From Chiloscyllium plagiosum (taxonomy: Eukaryota), in assembly GCF_004010195.1 (NCBI RefSeq), contig NC_057719.1, positions 18,497,159 through 18,561,158 on the forward strand: 64,000 nt of DNA, read 5' to 3'. This document shows, piece after piece, positions 1 to 12,965 of the stretch (the first letter of the stretch is position 1; the number at the start of each line of letters is the position of its first letter). Made by a program: the position numbers and the translations under genes. The notes under the pieces were generated by a model. It was not told where the DNA came from and ran no database searches. It saw nothing but the letters and a program-made list of their open reading frames with translations.

Positions 1-113
1 TCCAGAAAGTGATAAGGAGCTATTACCTCTTCATTATCCCAAATCTCATGAAGTATAAAGGTGCAAGGCTGGATTTTCATCTTTGAGACATAGCGGGAGT
101 TAAGATATTTCCA

Positions 114-535
114 AAGAAACATAGAAAATAGTAGTAGAATTAGGCCATTGAGCATGTTCAACATCATCAGTTCAGATGATCCAACTCTGCGCCCTGTTCC
201 TGAATTCATCCTTTGAACCCTTCAGCCTGTGAAGCGATAGCTATCACATCAAAAACTTTCAATGTTTTGGTCTCATCCATTTTTTGTGTCAGAGAATTCT
301 GTAAGCTTGCCACTCTCTGGGGAGATGAAATTTCTCCTCATGGCAATCGTAATGGACTTACCCCACATCCTTAGACTGTGACCCCTGGTTATGGATTCCC
401 TGATCATTGGGAACATCCTTCCTATGTTTAGCCTGTCCAGTCCAGTTAGAATTCTATAGGTCTCTGTGTGAACCCCCACCTCCCATTCTTCTAAATTCCA
501 ATGAATATCATCCTAACTGATCCAGTTTCTCATCT
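114..535 (-). mobile_element. CR1-type LINE 3' fragment
   Basis: Minus-strand translation contains the CR1 ORF2 C-terminal motif (TRGHSLR...RRNF); short tandem tail at the left end. Confidence 0.8.
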
Positions 536-1758
536 TCTGGGCTCATTAAGTCTGGCGTCATGGAGAAAACATTGCTTGAATGAAAGCTCTAGTTCTATGA
601 GTTATTCTTACAATTGTACAATGTGTATTTCCACAAGAAAAAGAGCTATCAAGAGCTTGTAGTTTCAGCTACTGGTACTTTAATAGGTCTGGACACTTTT
701 AATGGGCTGTAGAAAAGTAATATATATCTATTACCATGGCAAGTTATGAATGAATGACTTTTCTTAAATATTATTCATACATTATATTGTCACTATATGG
801 TTCAATTGTTTTGTACAAAGTATTTAGCAGCTTTATTGGCGCGAAAGTGACATAGATTGGTATGGAGGGAAAGAGGGGTCATTGGGATTGGGTGGTAGGA
901 CATAGATTGGTTTAAAGAGTCTGATAAACCATGAAGAGTGGAAGGATATAGCTTGGCATGAGGCCTATGGCAAGACCTTTTGAAATTACCTTTCTAAAGG
1001 TCTTGCTCTTCCAGACTGTGATCCATGACACCTCTGAGCGATTGTGAACTACAATACTTTAAAAGCTAATTGTGACTCCATGAAAACTATTGGAACCTGG
1101 ACAATCCTCTACCTGGAATAGTGAGGTCAGGAATGCAAGGTTCTTTGATTACTTTTTGTATTTATCCACTTTATTTTAGTGAATTGTGCACATGGATGCC
1201 TGTACATTTTTGGTTATCTGCACCTCCTGTATTTCCACCAATGAGAAAATATTTTCATGAGTATCATTCTTGGATCCAAAGTATACACATCACACATCTG
1301 CCATTGAATTCTATTGGTGCTTGCATTTCAGAAAGAAATAAGTGAGTGAGATCATGTGAGATCATTTAACTTAAGGAGCAGGAGATGGCTTAGTTAATTG
1401 TATGAGGAAAGTTCTCTGATGTTACTTGTTTTAGCTACACTGAATTGCCTAGAGTTTGTACTTCAATTGAAACAAGTTTGTTAGCATACCCCAGTTAACA
1501 GTCATGAAATTTCCTGCACAATTTGCAAATGCACTATCCCGCACAGTCAAAACCAGCACTGGTTAACACTGGGGCTTAAAATTAAGATTCAGTTTAAGGC
1601 TAGAGTTAAAGTTAGGGATAACCCTAAGCCTAACCCAGACAATCTTCACCTCCACGGACGTTTCCCCAACTCCATGAAAACTCACTCCATAAAGCCTTGG
1701 TTGAGATACATCTGCCTTCAGTTTTAGACACAATATCTCAGGAAGGATCTCAGCTGAC

Positions 1759-2190
1759 ACTGGAGAGGGTACAGTGCAGATTGACTGAAAGAGTAAAATT
1801 TGCGATTTTGTAGTCAGAATCTTGGCAAATTAGTTTGCAGTTAAAAAGTTCAGCAGTGTTCTAACTGAGATGCTTAAAATGTTATAGAAATTGGATAGAA
1901 AGGATATGAAAAAGGTTTTAAAGCTCCACAACAGCAGAGCATAGTCTTAAAAGAATCACAAAACACTGGTGACATGAAGGATTGTGGAAAACAAAAATTC
2001 TCTCCCCCACAATTCTGTGAAACCTGAGACAAACTTAAATGAAATTCAAGGTGAAAGTTTTTTTTAAATTCATTAACAATATCACTGACTAAGGTTCAAA
2101 GACAGATAAAAGGGATTTGAGGCAGAGATTATACAAAATATCACAGAATGACAGAATAGGTTTGAGCGACTGAAAATCCTGCTCAGGTTC
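1759..2190 (+). mobile_element. Highly decayed CR1 3' fragment
   Basis: Remnants of LERVQ (tggagagggtacag) and RGHSL-like (agagcatagtctt) codons, plus a CR1-like 3' UTR. Confidence 0.45.
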
Positions 2191-3009
2191 TGTTGGTTGA
2201 CGAAGTTGCTTTTGAGCAGTAGCAAAAGTGGTCAGTAGTGAAATGTTAGTTTACACCATTCTAGACATTTCTGTTCCATCAGACAATGAATTGTTGATTA
2301 ATTATTGCCTGTTTTGCATTAGCCCAAAGACCCATTTCACCCTCTCTGCTCGCAATCTGCAAGCTCATTATGTCATTGGGTTGCACATTACATAATCTTT
2401 CCACCCAATTCCACAACTGCCCTTCATCAGAAAGCCTAACCTTCTGAAGAAATTCCTATTAATCCTAGTTAAGAATCAGTGTTATATTTTTCTTCAGACA
2501 TAAATAAGCTTTCCATCCACGTTTGAAAGGAATTGGCTTGAATAGTGATTGTGTAAAAGCAGCGTGTCTGTGACAGACTAAGCTTTTCATTAAGAATTTC
2601 AATTGGCTCTTTATTGATCAGTTATGATTACTTTGCTGAACTGGTATCCATGTGTTGGGTGTTCGTTCAGAATAATAGTTCATTAATGACAGAACCATCA
2701 TTACTGGAGTCTATCACAACTCAGTGGTGATTTGTTTCCAGACGTTCCTGGTGTTTTCTGTCTTCAGGCTGTTCGTCAGGCAGCTATGGGTATTTATCTG
2801 ATGCATCAACATTGAAAAGAACATCGTTAAGCTGACATTAATTAGCTCATCGTGAAGGCAAGTAAGATAAGACCAAGATGAGTAAACCTGCAATTTATTT
2901 GTTTATCATTTAATAATTTATTTTATTCATTCCTGAACACAGCTATCATAATTGTCCTGAATGTACTCACAGTTCAAGATTAATAGTTTCCAGTTCTTGC
3001 ATGGTGTCA

Positions 3010-3110
3010 CCTGTTGCCCATCTCTAATTGCCCTTGAGGAGGTGGTAGAGAGCCACCGTCTTGAACCACTGCAGTTCTATCTGGTGTAGATAAACCAGAG
3101 TGCCTGTCCA
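3010..3110 (-). mobile_element. 3' tail fragment of the LINE family seen at 6828-7650
   Basis: gcccatctctaattgcccttgag...cttgaaccactgcag is the reverse complement of the tail at about 7540-7600. Confidence 0.6.
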
Positions 3111-3271
3111 TCAGGTTTTATCACCACAATTTAATTACAGCATGTTTGCCCAAGTGTGTTTCGTATCTGCAAACTGAAAATCATACTTGCGGTTGAACAT
3201 GATAAGGACTACAAGAGTGTACAAAATACATATAGCTGGAGTTACTCAAGGAGCAACATTTGAATTTGTTG

Positions 3272-4075
3272 TGTTACCATAGTCTTATCAAACCATAAGG
3301 TGAAAGTGAGGACTGCAGATGCTGGAGATCAGAGTTGAGAGTGTGGTGTTGGAAAGTACAGGTCAGGCAGCATCCAAGGTGCAGGAGAATCGGCGTTTCG
3401 GGCAAAAGCCCTTCATCAGGAATGAGGCTGAGAGCCGAGGGGATGGTGAGAAAAATGGGGGGTGGGGGGGGGGTGGCTAAGGGTGTGATAGGTAGACAGA
3501 GGTGGGGGTAATGGTGATAGGTTGGAGAGGAGGGTGGAGGGATAGGTGGGAAGGAAGATGGACAGGTCATGAGGGCAGTGCCAACTTGGAAGGTTGCAAT
3601 GGGATATGGTGGGGTGAGGAAACTGGTGAAATCTACATTGATGCCTTGGAATTGGAGGGTCCTGAGGTGGAAGATAAGGCTTTCTTCATCCAGGCATTGA
3701 GTGGTGAGGGAGTGGTGATGGAGGGAGGGCCCAGGACCTGCATGTCTTTGGTGGAGTGAGAGGAGGATTTGAAGTATTCAGCCACAGGGCGGTGGGGTTG
3801 GTGGCATGGGTGTCCCTGAGATGTTCTCTGAATCGCTCCGCAAGTAAGCACCCTGTCTCCCCAATGTAATGAAGACCATAAGGCTACTCTGTCATTAGAA
3901 AGAAACAATTGATGGTGATTTAACCTGAGGGCTACCATACCTCAGGGAAGGGGAGAGGTTGAGAAGGTAGGTTTTCACAATGTAACTTCAGTCAGTGAGG
4001 GGAATTGAACCCATGCGATTAGCATCATACTGTTGTCAAAGCCAAGCAAGTAGCCAACCGAGCTGAAGAAGCCCT
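3272..4075 (-). mobile_element. tRNA-derived SINE, interrupted in its tail by a Penelope-like insertion
   Basis: Pol III A-box-like (rc cagctcggttgg, about 4054-4065) and B-box (rc gggttcaattcc, 4001-4012). The body resumes either side of the duplicated accataagg (3292-3300 and 3875-3883). Confidence 0.65.
3301..3874 (-). mobile_element. 5'-truncated Penelope-like element (GIY-YIG C-terminus + 3' UTR with hammerhead motif)
   Basis: Minus strand encodes YIGETG.LLAERFREH...HSTKDMQVLG, homologous to 58033-58791. Hammerhead motif at about 3388-3422 with the cleavage triplet changed to GCC. 9-bp flanking direct repeat. Confidence 0.9.
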
Positions 4076-5626
4076 AATGTTTGAATTTAAGATTTGTTTG
4101 ATTAGAGTTCATTTTTATAGTTATTTATTGTAATCAGAAATAAAAATGAGTCTATGTAGCACTTTTCATAATCACAGGTTGCCCCAAACCCAGTTAAGTC
4201 TTCACTCAGTTAAGTTTAGGCACTGTTAGAATGGTAACCATTCCCTTAAAACAGCCCTTTCACCCAACTGAGAGTAGCATATTTATTATAATGAGCGATA
4301 TCAAGATTGCCAATCAAGCTATTTTGATCCTTTCTTCATCAGGTTTACACTGAATGCATATGTATGCCTCTTGGAATAATAGGTGCATCTGAAGACAAAT
4401 ATTATTGAGAACAAACACATTGTATGATGGTCTTTGGTGGTTGGAAAGACCATTGCTATGACTGATTATTGGGTGACTGCCCATAATCTGTCATAATTCT
4501 GATAGGATACCAACCCCATTCCTAAGTGGTCATATTCCCAGGTGAGTAAGGATGATCTGGCTCCTCTGCTTAATTCAACCTCTCTCTCAGACCAAGGTCA
4601 CAAAATGGATAATTTTAAAAAGATCCCTTCCTTCATGGAATACCTTTTCCCAATCTAATTGTATTTACTAATTGTATTTATGTTTTTTAATGAGCCAAAT
4701 TAAGCAGGCTTTCTTGAGTGAAAGAAAGGACGAGTTGATTAGCTACTAAACATGAGAAATTATAATAAAATGTGACATGTGTACAATGTATTAGATTAAA
4801 AATGAAAATTGAGTAAAACTCTGTTGAAAACGTATATGAGCAGTCTCTGTGCCCCGTGAAGGGTAGATTATGGACATTGAAGCTATTAAGTTGGATCATA
4901 CTAGTAACACTGATGGTCGTAGTGAAGCAGTCATTTGGAGATTTTTGGCTCTTGTAATTTAGCTGGCAGGATTTTGTCCTGTTTATTTATCAATGATGGC
5001 TTCAATGGCTTTCCTGGCCTCAAGCACTCAGAGTGACACGTATTTTTTCTTTACCTGCAGCACAGGGGTGAGTAATGGCTGACTTAAACCTTCATATCAC
5101 ACTGGTGCATATTGTCACATCTGTCCACTAATGCACAGACCAGAAATTGCAGTTAGCTTTCAGCCTCCATTTTCTTGTATATTCATGGAAGGCTAAAGCA
5201 CAAACATGTCATCACATGGTTTAGAGCATACTCCACAGGTGATGACTTTCTGCTGAGAGTAGTAGTCAACATCTCATTATATCTGCAGTCACAAGAGCTT
5301 GTAGACCAGTTTATTTTGGATTACATCTCTCCTTTTGAGGGGTTGCTGTTTGAATATCCCTTGGCACCTCAGGCATCACATTCTAAGGTTTCTCTCAGGT
5401 CTTTGCCAGACACCAACTGAATTTTCATCCACAATTCTGTTTTGGTCATGTGTCCTCCTTTAAGAAAATATAACATGTGCTTTAATTAAAAGGTTAATGT
5501 TTGTAAATAATTCAGAGTTATAATCCATTGTCCTGAGACCTTACAAACTTTGAAGTGTTCAGTGGATGGAGCTGATGATTCTGGGCAAGAGCAAAGGAGT
5601 CCTGTCTCAATGAGAGGTGGTCAACA

Positions 5627-6499
5627 CAGAGTCATAGAATCATAGAGGTGTACAGCATGGAAACAGACCCTTCGGTCCAACCAGTCCATGCCGAACAGAT
5701 ATCCCAACCCAATCTAGTCCCACCTGCCAGCACCTGGCCCATATCCCTCCAAACCCTTCCTATTCATCTTCCCATCCAAATGCCTCTTAAATGTTGCAAT
5801 TGTACCAGCCTCCACCTCGTCCTCTGGCAGCTCATTCCATACACGTACCACCCTCTGAGTGAAAATGTTGCCCCTTAGCCTCTTTTATATCTTTCCCCTC
5901 TCACCCTAAACCTATGCCCTCTAGTTCTGGACTCCCCACCTCAGGGAATAGACCCTGTCTATTTACCCTATCCATGCCCCTCATAATTTTGTAAACCTCT
6001 ATATGGTCACCCCTCAGCCTCCGACGCTCCAGCGAAAACAGCCCCAGCCTGTTCAGTCTCTCCCTATAGCTCAGACCTTCCAACCCTGGCAACATCCCTG
6101 TAAATCTTTTCTGAACTCTTTCAAGTTTCACAACATCTTTCCAGTAGGAAGGAGACCAGAATTGCACTCAATATTCCAACTGTGGCCTAAACAATGTCCT
6201 GTACACCACAACATGACCTCCCAACTCCTGTACTCAATACTCTGACCAATAAAGGAAAGCATACCAAACTCCTTCTTCACTATCCTATCTACCTGCGACT
6301 CTACTTTCAAGGAGCTATGAACCTGCACTCCAAGGTCTCTTTGTTCAGCAATACTCCCTAGGACCTTACCATTAAGTGCATAAGTCCTGCTAAGATTTGC
6401 TTTCCCAAAATGCAGCACCTCGCATTTATCTGAATTAAACTCCATCTGCCAATTCTCAGCCCATTGGCCCATCTGGTCCAGATCCTTTTGTAATCTGAG
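5627..6499 (-). mobile_element. CR1 (HER1-like) LINE 3' fragment
   Basis: ORFs 6128-6472 and 5901-6167 give WQMEFNSDKCEVLHFG, QFWSP, LERVQKRFT and RRLRGD; tail shared with other copies. Confidence 0.95.
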
Positions 6500-6827
6500 C
6501 TTCAGTGGTAATCCACAACAGCCAAAGTTTGAAGTCCTGATACTGTCTGTAAGGAAAAAGACACAAGGCTAGACCTAGCGTGGGTGCTATTTTCTACTGG
6601 TGTTACTTGCAGCTTTGTTTTTGAGAACTAATGAGAACCAATGCTGAAGTGCTCTGTTGTTTTAGCAAAGGGATGGAAATCAGGCTAAAAGACTTGTGAA
6701 GTTGCAATAAAACCTGTAAATGTTCATTCTTTTCTGTGTTAATGGGAAGGACTGGAACTCATTGAATCCAACAGATTTGAATTATTGAGGCCAGAGGCAA
6801 AACAAATCAGACTCTCTGCAACATTCC

Positions 6828-7650
6828 ATGAGGTAGTGCATGGTCAAATGCAACAAGATCTGGATAATATCCCAATTGGGCTGACAAATGACAATTAATA
6901 GGTACAATTACCACCTCCAGTAGCAGATAATCTAACCACTGCCCCTTAACATTCAATGGTGTTACTATCACTGAATCCACCACTTCCAATATCCTAGAGG
7001 TTGTCATTGACCAAAAACTCAATTGGACTCATCTTATAAATACATTGGATATAAGTGAGAGGATAGCAATACTGCACTGAATAGCTCACTTCCTGACTCC
7101 CCAAAGCATGTCTACCATCAACAAGGCTCAAGTCAAGAGTGTGATGGAATATTCCCCACTTGCTTTGATGGGGGCAGCTGCAACAACACTCAAGAAGCTT
7201 GACACCATCCAGGACAAAATTGCCCACTTGATTGGCACCATATTCACAAGCATCCACTCCCTCCACCATTGACATTCAGTGACGGTTGTGTACAATCTGC
7301 AAGATATATCGTAGAAATTCTCCAAAGATCTTCAGACGGGCACCTTCCAAAGCGACAACCACTTCCAGGTAGAAGGACAAGGGCAGCAGATATTTGGGAG
7401 TCACCATCACTGCAAGTTCCCCTCCAAGCCAGTACCATCCTCACTTCGAAACATATCGCCATTCCTTCAATGTGGCTGGGTCAAAATTCTGGAATTTCCT
7501 CCCTGGGGCATTGTGGGTCAACCTACAGCACATGGACCCTGGCAGTTCAAGAAGGCAGCTCACCACCATCTTCTCAAGGGCAGGTTGGATGGGTAATAAA
7601 TATTGGCCAGCCAGCAATGCTCATGCCCCCCATGCCCCATGACCCAATAA
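6828..7650 (+). mobile_element. Non-LTR retrotransposon 3' fragment (CR1/L2 group, second family)
   Basis: Decayed RT C-terminus (KAQVKSVMEYSPLA...TLKKLDTIQDK), a 3' UTR and an (AAT)n/A tail at about 7645-7663. Confidence 0.8.
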
Positions 7651-7885
7651 TAATAATAAAAAAATTGCACACAGTTCACCAGTCTCCTATCTCTAGATTT
7701 TGGAAAATTCCTACTTTAACATATTTTCACCACTTGCTTCCAGGGAAATATTTCATTCTTAATGGTTGTTCTGAGGAGACACTCCCTTGAGTCTTGATCT
7801 GCACAAAATAGAAGTCTCCCTGAATCCTGTGAGCCTTCATGAAGAAAGCCTGACATTTAGATATTCTCAGGATCTTCCAAGGCTT

Positions 7886-8700
7886 TGAACAAAGAACAAA
7901 GAAAATTACAGCACAGGCACAGGCCCTTCGGCCCTCCAAGCCTGGGGCGATCCAGATCCTCTATCTAAACCTATCACTTTTTTTCTAAGGATCTGTATCC
8001 CTCTGCTCCCTGCCCATTCATGTATCTGTCTAGATACATCTTAAATGATGATATCGTGCCCACCCCTCCCGCCTCTGCTGGCAATGTCTTTCAGCCACCC
8101 ACCACCCTCTGCGTAAAAACCTTTCCACGTATATCTCCCTTAAACATTTTCCCTCTCACCTCGAACTCGTGACCTCTAGTAATTGAGTCCCCACTCTGGG
8201 AAAAAGCTCTTTGCTATCCACACTGTCTATACCCCTCATGATTTTGTAGACCTTAAGCAGTCACTCCTCAACCTCCGTCTTTCTAATTAAAATAATCCTA
8301 ATCTACTCAACCTCTCTACATAGATAGTGCCCTTCATACCAGGCAAAATCCTGGAGAACCTCCTCTGCACCCTCTCCAAAGCACCCATACCCTTTTGGTA
8401 ATATGGCCACCAGAATTGTACGCAGTATTCCAAATATGGCCAAACCAAAGTCCTAAACAACTGTCACATGACCTGCCAACTCTTGTACTCAATATCCTGT
8501 CCAATAAAGGAAAGCATGCTGTATGCCTTCTTGATGACTCTACTGACCTGCGTTACCACCTTCAGGATACAACGGACCTGAACACTCTGATCTCTCTGTA
8601 CATCCATTTTGCCCAGGGCTTTTCAATTTACCATTTAGTTCACTCCTGAATTGTATCTTCCAAAATGCATCACCTCACATTTGCCTGGCTTGAACTCCAT
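7886..8700 (-). mobile_element. CR1 LINE 3' fragment (gaacaaa-tail subfamily)
   Basis: Reverse complement contains TRGH, QFW.P and EVMHFG-type motifs; (gaacaaa)n tail, as at 55705. Confidence 0.9.
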
Positions 8701-9190
8701 AGGTGTGTACTGACTCTTTAAATAAAATCATAGTTTCATTCGAGATAAGTTTTAATAATTAACTGCAGCAGAGCAAGATGCACGGAGGTAAGAAGATGAT
8801 TTCAAAAAGGAAATTGAATAAGCATTTGGGGGAAATAAACTTTTAGCTCTATGGAAGTAGAAAGGGGAATTGGGACTGAACTGATTTCTCTAAAGAGAGA
8901 TGGAAAAGAATTGATATGTCAAATTATCATTTTTGCTTTATTACTGTGAGGACAGATACATTGGTTTGAGATTCAATCTTTGAGATTCAATTCAAGCTGA
9001 TTCCTACTTGTAAACTGAGTTGTAAGTGCAGCTTGAGGGTCAAGAATCATTGACAATCTTACACAGCCAAGTCGAAATGAGGCCTAAGTCATTTGAAGGA
9101 GAAAGTGAGGTCTGCAGATGCTGGAGATCAAAGTTGAAACTTTATTGCTGGAACAGCACAGCAGGTCAGGCAGCATCCAGGGAACAGGAG

Positions 9191-9226
9191 ATTCGACGTT
9201 TCGGGCACAGGCCCTTCTTCAGGAAT
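9191..9226 (-). ncRNA. Minimal type-I hammerhead ribozyme motif (PLE-type)
   Basis: rc = attc CTGAAGA a gggc ctgt gccc GAA ACGT C gaat; exact complement of 9585-9620. Confidence 0.8.
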
Positions 9227-9584
9227 GAGCAGAGAGTGTTCAGCAGGAGAAGATAAAAGGTAGGGAGGAGGGACTTGGAGGAGGGGAGTTGGAAATGTGA
9301 TAGGTGGAAAGAGGTCAAGGTGAGGGTGATAGGTCGGAGTAGGGTGGAGGCGGAGAGGTCAAGAAGAAGACTGCAGGTCAGGAAGGCGGTGCCGGGCTGG
9401 AAGGATCCTTCCAGCCCGGCACCGCCTTCCTGACCTGCAGTCTTCTTCTTGACCTCTCCGCCTCCACTCTACTCCGACCTATCACCCTCACCTTGACCTC
9501 TTTCCACCTATCACATTTCCAACTCCCCTCCTCCAAGTCCCTCCTCCCTACCTTTTATCTTCTCCTGCTGAACACTCTCTGCTC

Positions 9585-9620
9585 ATTCCTGAAGAAGGGC
9601 CTGTGCCCGAAACGTCGAAT
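9585..9620 (+). ncRNA. Minimal type-I hammerhead ribozyme motif (PLE-type)
   Basis: 4-bp stem I (attc/gaat), core CTGAAGA 9589-9595, stem II gggc/gccc, GAAA, palindromic ACGT stem III, GTC cleavage triplet ending at 9616. Confidence 0.8.
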
Positions 9621-10544
9621 CTCCTGTTCCCTGGATGCTGCCTGACCTGCTGTGCTGTTCCAGCAATAAAGTTTCAACTAAGTCATTTGAAGTCCTAGGA
9701 CATCACCATCGTACCTAAGTGTTGATGGCACCAATTCAATTGGAATCATGCAAGAGCTGAAAAGCAATCATTGTGTTGTGCAAAGACAGGACTTTGAAGT
9801 CTTATAAGATAATTTTCTAATACTAAGATAAGTCATAATTTTGGGGGAAGTTGGGGAAGGGGAGGAATCCAAGGTGAGGATAGGCCTAAAATTTCTTTCA
9901 AGTGCCTGGACCAACAAATATTGCTCCATCTGACTCAAATGAAAATCATGAAGAACCATATAAATTTGCTTTGCTGAATAGTCTGGGATCCATCACTGCC
10001 TAACCTACCAGGATGCACTTGACCATCAGTATGAATTGTGTGCTCTGGATGTCAAGATGGCCTTGGAGACCAAATGTCATGAGCTCTTGAATACTAATGA
10101 GGCTTTCATGTGCCTGCAAGCCCAGAAGTTAAAATAACAGCCCGTAGGACCAATGGGGAGGTCAATACCCAGATTATATTGTATGTGATTCGAATTCTCA
10201 TTAGGTAGGGGCAGCTGTGTTGGGAGGGCAGAGTGGTGGGAATTAAAACAAATGCCATTTAGCTGTACAATGTTATAAATGTTAATGCCTCTGTAGTCCA
10301 AAATGGAGCCAACTAGGGGAACTGGATATCAATACGTTCATTATCTGTGACTCAACACTGGGCAGTGCATCCTCTAAGTTATACACTTTGGTCTTAAGAG
10401 CTATTACAATTATAGTATGCTTCAAATCTGTTCTGTTGCTCATTTGGATCATTGTTCTTAGATTAACTCCATTTACCCACTATATTTGCATTTCCCTTAA
10501 TATTCCTGCCTAACAACAAACAAATTAAACAGTGCTTGGAAATT

Positions 10545-10705
10545 TTAAATCCTGGAATACCATCCCTAACAGCGTGTGGATCTACCAATAAAAAATGGAA
10601 TGTAGCCACTCAAGAGGGCTGCTCACAATCACCTTCCCGAAGGCAATTAGGGATAGTCAATAAAAAGCAACATGTAGACACCAAAGCCCATATTCCCTGA
10701 ATGAA
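10545..10705 (+). mobile_element. 3' tail fragment of the 6828-7650 LINE family
   Basis: ctggaat..ccctaacagc.tgtgg...ggcaattagggatag..aataaa...gcccatattccctgaatgaat matches that tail. Confidence 0.6.
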
Positions 10706-10714
10706 TATCAGAGA

Positions 10715-10990
10715 AAAGAATTGGCCTAACAATAACAGCTTTTCAGACTAAGGGAGAGAGTTCCTGATTGCTGCAATGCTTTGTGTGAAGTACGTCCTGA
10801 TATCGTTTTTGAACAGCCTGGCACTAATTTTAAGTTGCTGTCCCCTTCTTTCAGTTTCTCCACCAGAGCAAATATTTTCTCACTCCCCACCCTATCACCC
10901 TCTTTGGTCATTTTGTGCAACTCACATGTCAAACCCTTCATCTTAACTAATCTCAATTAGATCATTCCTTAATACTCCAGGGAATCCAAC
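10715..10990 (-). mobile_element. Decayed CR1 3' fragment
   Basis: Minus-strand ORF 10726-10956 resembles the degenerate CR1 C-terminus (K..DRV..EKIF.LV...G..LKL). Confidence 0.45.
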
Positions 10991-12659
10991 CTGACACACA
11001 AAAAAGGGGAGCTTTGGCAAAAAAAAAAGGATATTTGATAATGAAATTCTCCCACCTTACATAAAATCGGAGAAAACTAATTCTAGTTTGAAAGTGAAAG
11101 AAGTTTAATTTGATTCTGCAAAAAGAAAATCAACCTATGATTATAGAATTGGCCATTATATGCTGACAAGACTGCTATCTGAGACAGGAAAACTTTCACT
11201 GAAGAATATACAGTAGATTAATAGTGCCTTGCATTAATTCTTGCCACCTGCATCCTCCTGTGGCTCCGGTGCATAAGTTGTCCAGTGTCTACATTACAGG
11301 AGATGAGAGTAAGTGCTGTCCGTGACCCACACAATGAGGTTGAATCAATCTTTTGAGGCTTAGTGAGGCTAAAAGAAACCCATGCAGGGGTCCTGTCAGT
11401 GCCTGCAATTTATTCTGTAATCTTTGCGTCATTTATAATCTGGCATTAAAGATTAATTTCACAGAGGAATTTACAGCAATATTTATGCAGCCAGAAATCC
11501 ATTGGCCAGCAGAGGATTTCCTTGATGTGAACCTATTCTATATGAACATATTTATCACTTCAATACATGGAGTGCAATGAGGGAATCTTACTCTGTGGTT
11601 AATAGGGGACAAGTATAGTTTAACAGAGACATATGTTCAAACATATGCACACACACATAGAGACAAGCAGCACAATGACTGTCCTACACGTTCATTTTAT
11701 ATAAATGTGAAAAAACAATTGGAGTAGAGTAGCAATCCCATCACATTATTGCCAAAATACTGCAGACTTCTATTAGCATTTGTCGGGCTTTTGACGCTTT
11801 TAGTCTTTGCTATCAAGTTGTACCAATAAATGGACAAATTAAAGTTTTTCATTAACCTCCTGAAATAAATTGGAAACATTAAGAGCCTGATACAGGTCAG
11901 GGTGATCTCCAAACTCTTTATGAATAGTCTCAAACATGGAAGTAGCTTTCTTTTTAACATATCAGACCATGAAATGTGTTTACATTAATTAATGACATGC
12001 TTCACATTTTTGACTAGATTTTCTGAAAGTTAGACATTAACTTTGGTCTGATCAGATTTCATTGAACTGTTGTCATTCAGTTATCTGTAGGTGAGTCAAA
12101 TAAACTGGACCCATTGGTGCACATTGCAAAGAGTTGCTTAAAGCTTAGTTTGATACTAAAACAAGAGAAGACAAAGAGAGCACAAGTATTTCAACTCAAA
12201 TGGTCACAAAGAAAAACAAACTAAAGCCTGTGCTTTAATCAAATAGTTTGAAATCAGGTAATACAGATCGAAATCCCGGCTCATTGGCAGGCCAGAAATT
12301 TAGTCTGTGATTCTTGCAACAGAATACACATTGATTCCATTGGATTGCACCAAGACTGACAATATCGTCCCTTCTTTTACCACTCTTTTTCTCATCATTT
12401 CTCCCCTTAAGGCACCAATACATGCTGTTCATTGGGTACCAGCTGTCTTTCTCTGATGGCCCATTAATGTTTGAGTGTGCATGGGAGTACATCTCGATCA
12501 TGAAAACCATTAAAAGAAAAATGCCTCTATTCTCATGTGCACTCTCCAGTTGATTGCATTAGACAATTAGCCAGAACTGGAACAACCTTTATTGATTAAT
12601 CTCTTTTCAAGGTTAAATATTTGTTTCAAATTCATTTTTTTAAAGTTATGGACCTCTCT

Positions 12660-12965
12660 GCCAAGATTGGCATTTCTGGTTCTACTGGTTACATCCTAAT
12701 TGTCCTGGAGATTTGGTTTAATTAACTGGCTTGCTAAGTAGTCAGGACTCAACCATGTCAGTTTGGACTGAAGTCATGTGTAGGTCTGTCTGGGTTCAGG
12801 ATAGTAGTTTTCCACCCTTAAAGGATATTTGCAAGCCAGCTGGAATTTTCGAACAGCTTTTTAATTTGAATTTTGGTTTAAACTGAAATTCTAATTCTCT
12901 TTTGTCAAAGAAGGATCTGAGCTCACATTCTACAGTTATTAATTAAGGCCTCTAGATTTCTAATA
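12660..12965 (-). mobile_element. Decayed copy of the SINE family at 35213-35561
   Basis: Reverse-complement similarity to the central domain (tcaacca.gt...gaagtcatgtgtagg...cccttaaaggatatt) and tail (cctaattgtcc). Confidence 0.55.

Larger units (their letters stand above)
9099..9679. mobile_element. Non-coding Penelope-derived palindromic insertion (family A): 33-nt tail + 548-bp inverted repeat
   Basis: Arms 9132-9405 and 9406-9679 are reverse complements with one mismatch seen and no spacer. Homologous to the PLE 3' UTR at 57741-58050. Flanked by ctaagtcatttgaag (9084-9098, 9678-9692). Confidence 0.95.

Noticed and set aside
2420..2455. Hairpin-centre relic (cttcatcagaa...ttctgaagaa)
   Set aside because: Too short, with no flanking arms, GAAA strand or tail.
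9132..9679. Palindrome as a sequencing fold-back artefact
   Set aside because: Unique sequence resumes on both sides with a 15-bp duplication, the arms differ at one base, and older decayed copies share the architecture. Raw reads would still be the final test.
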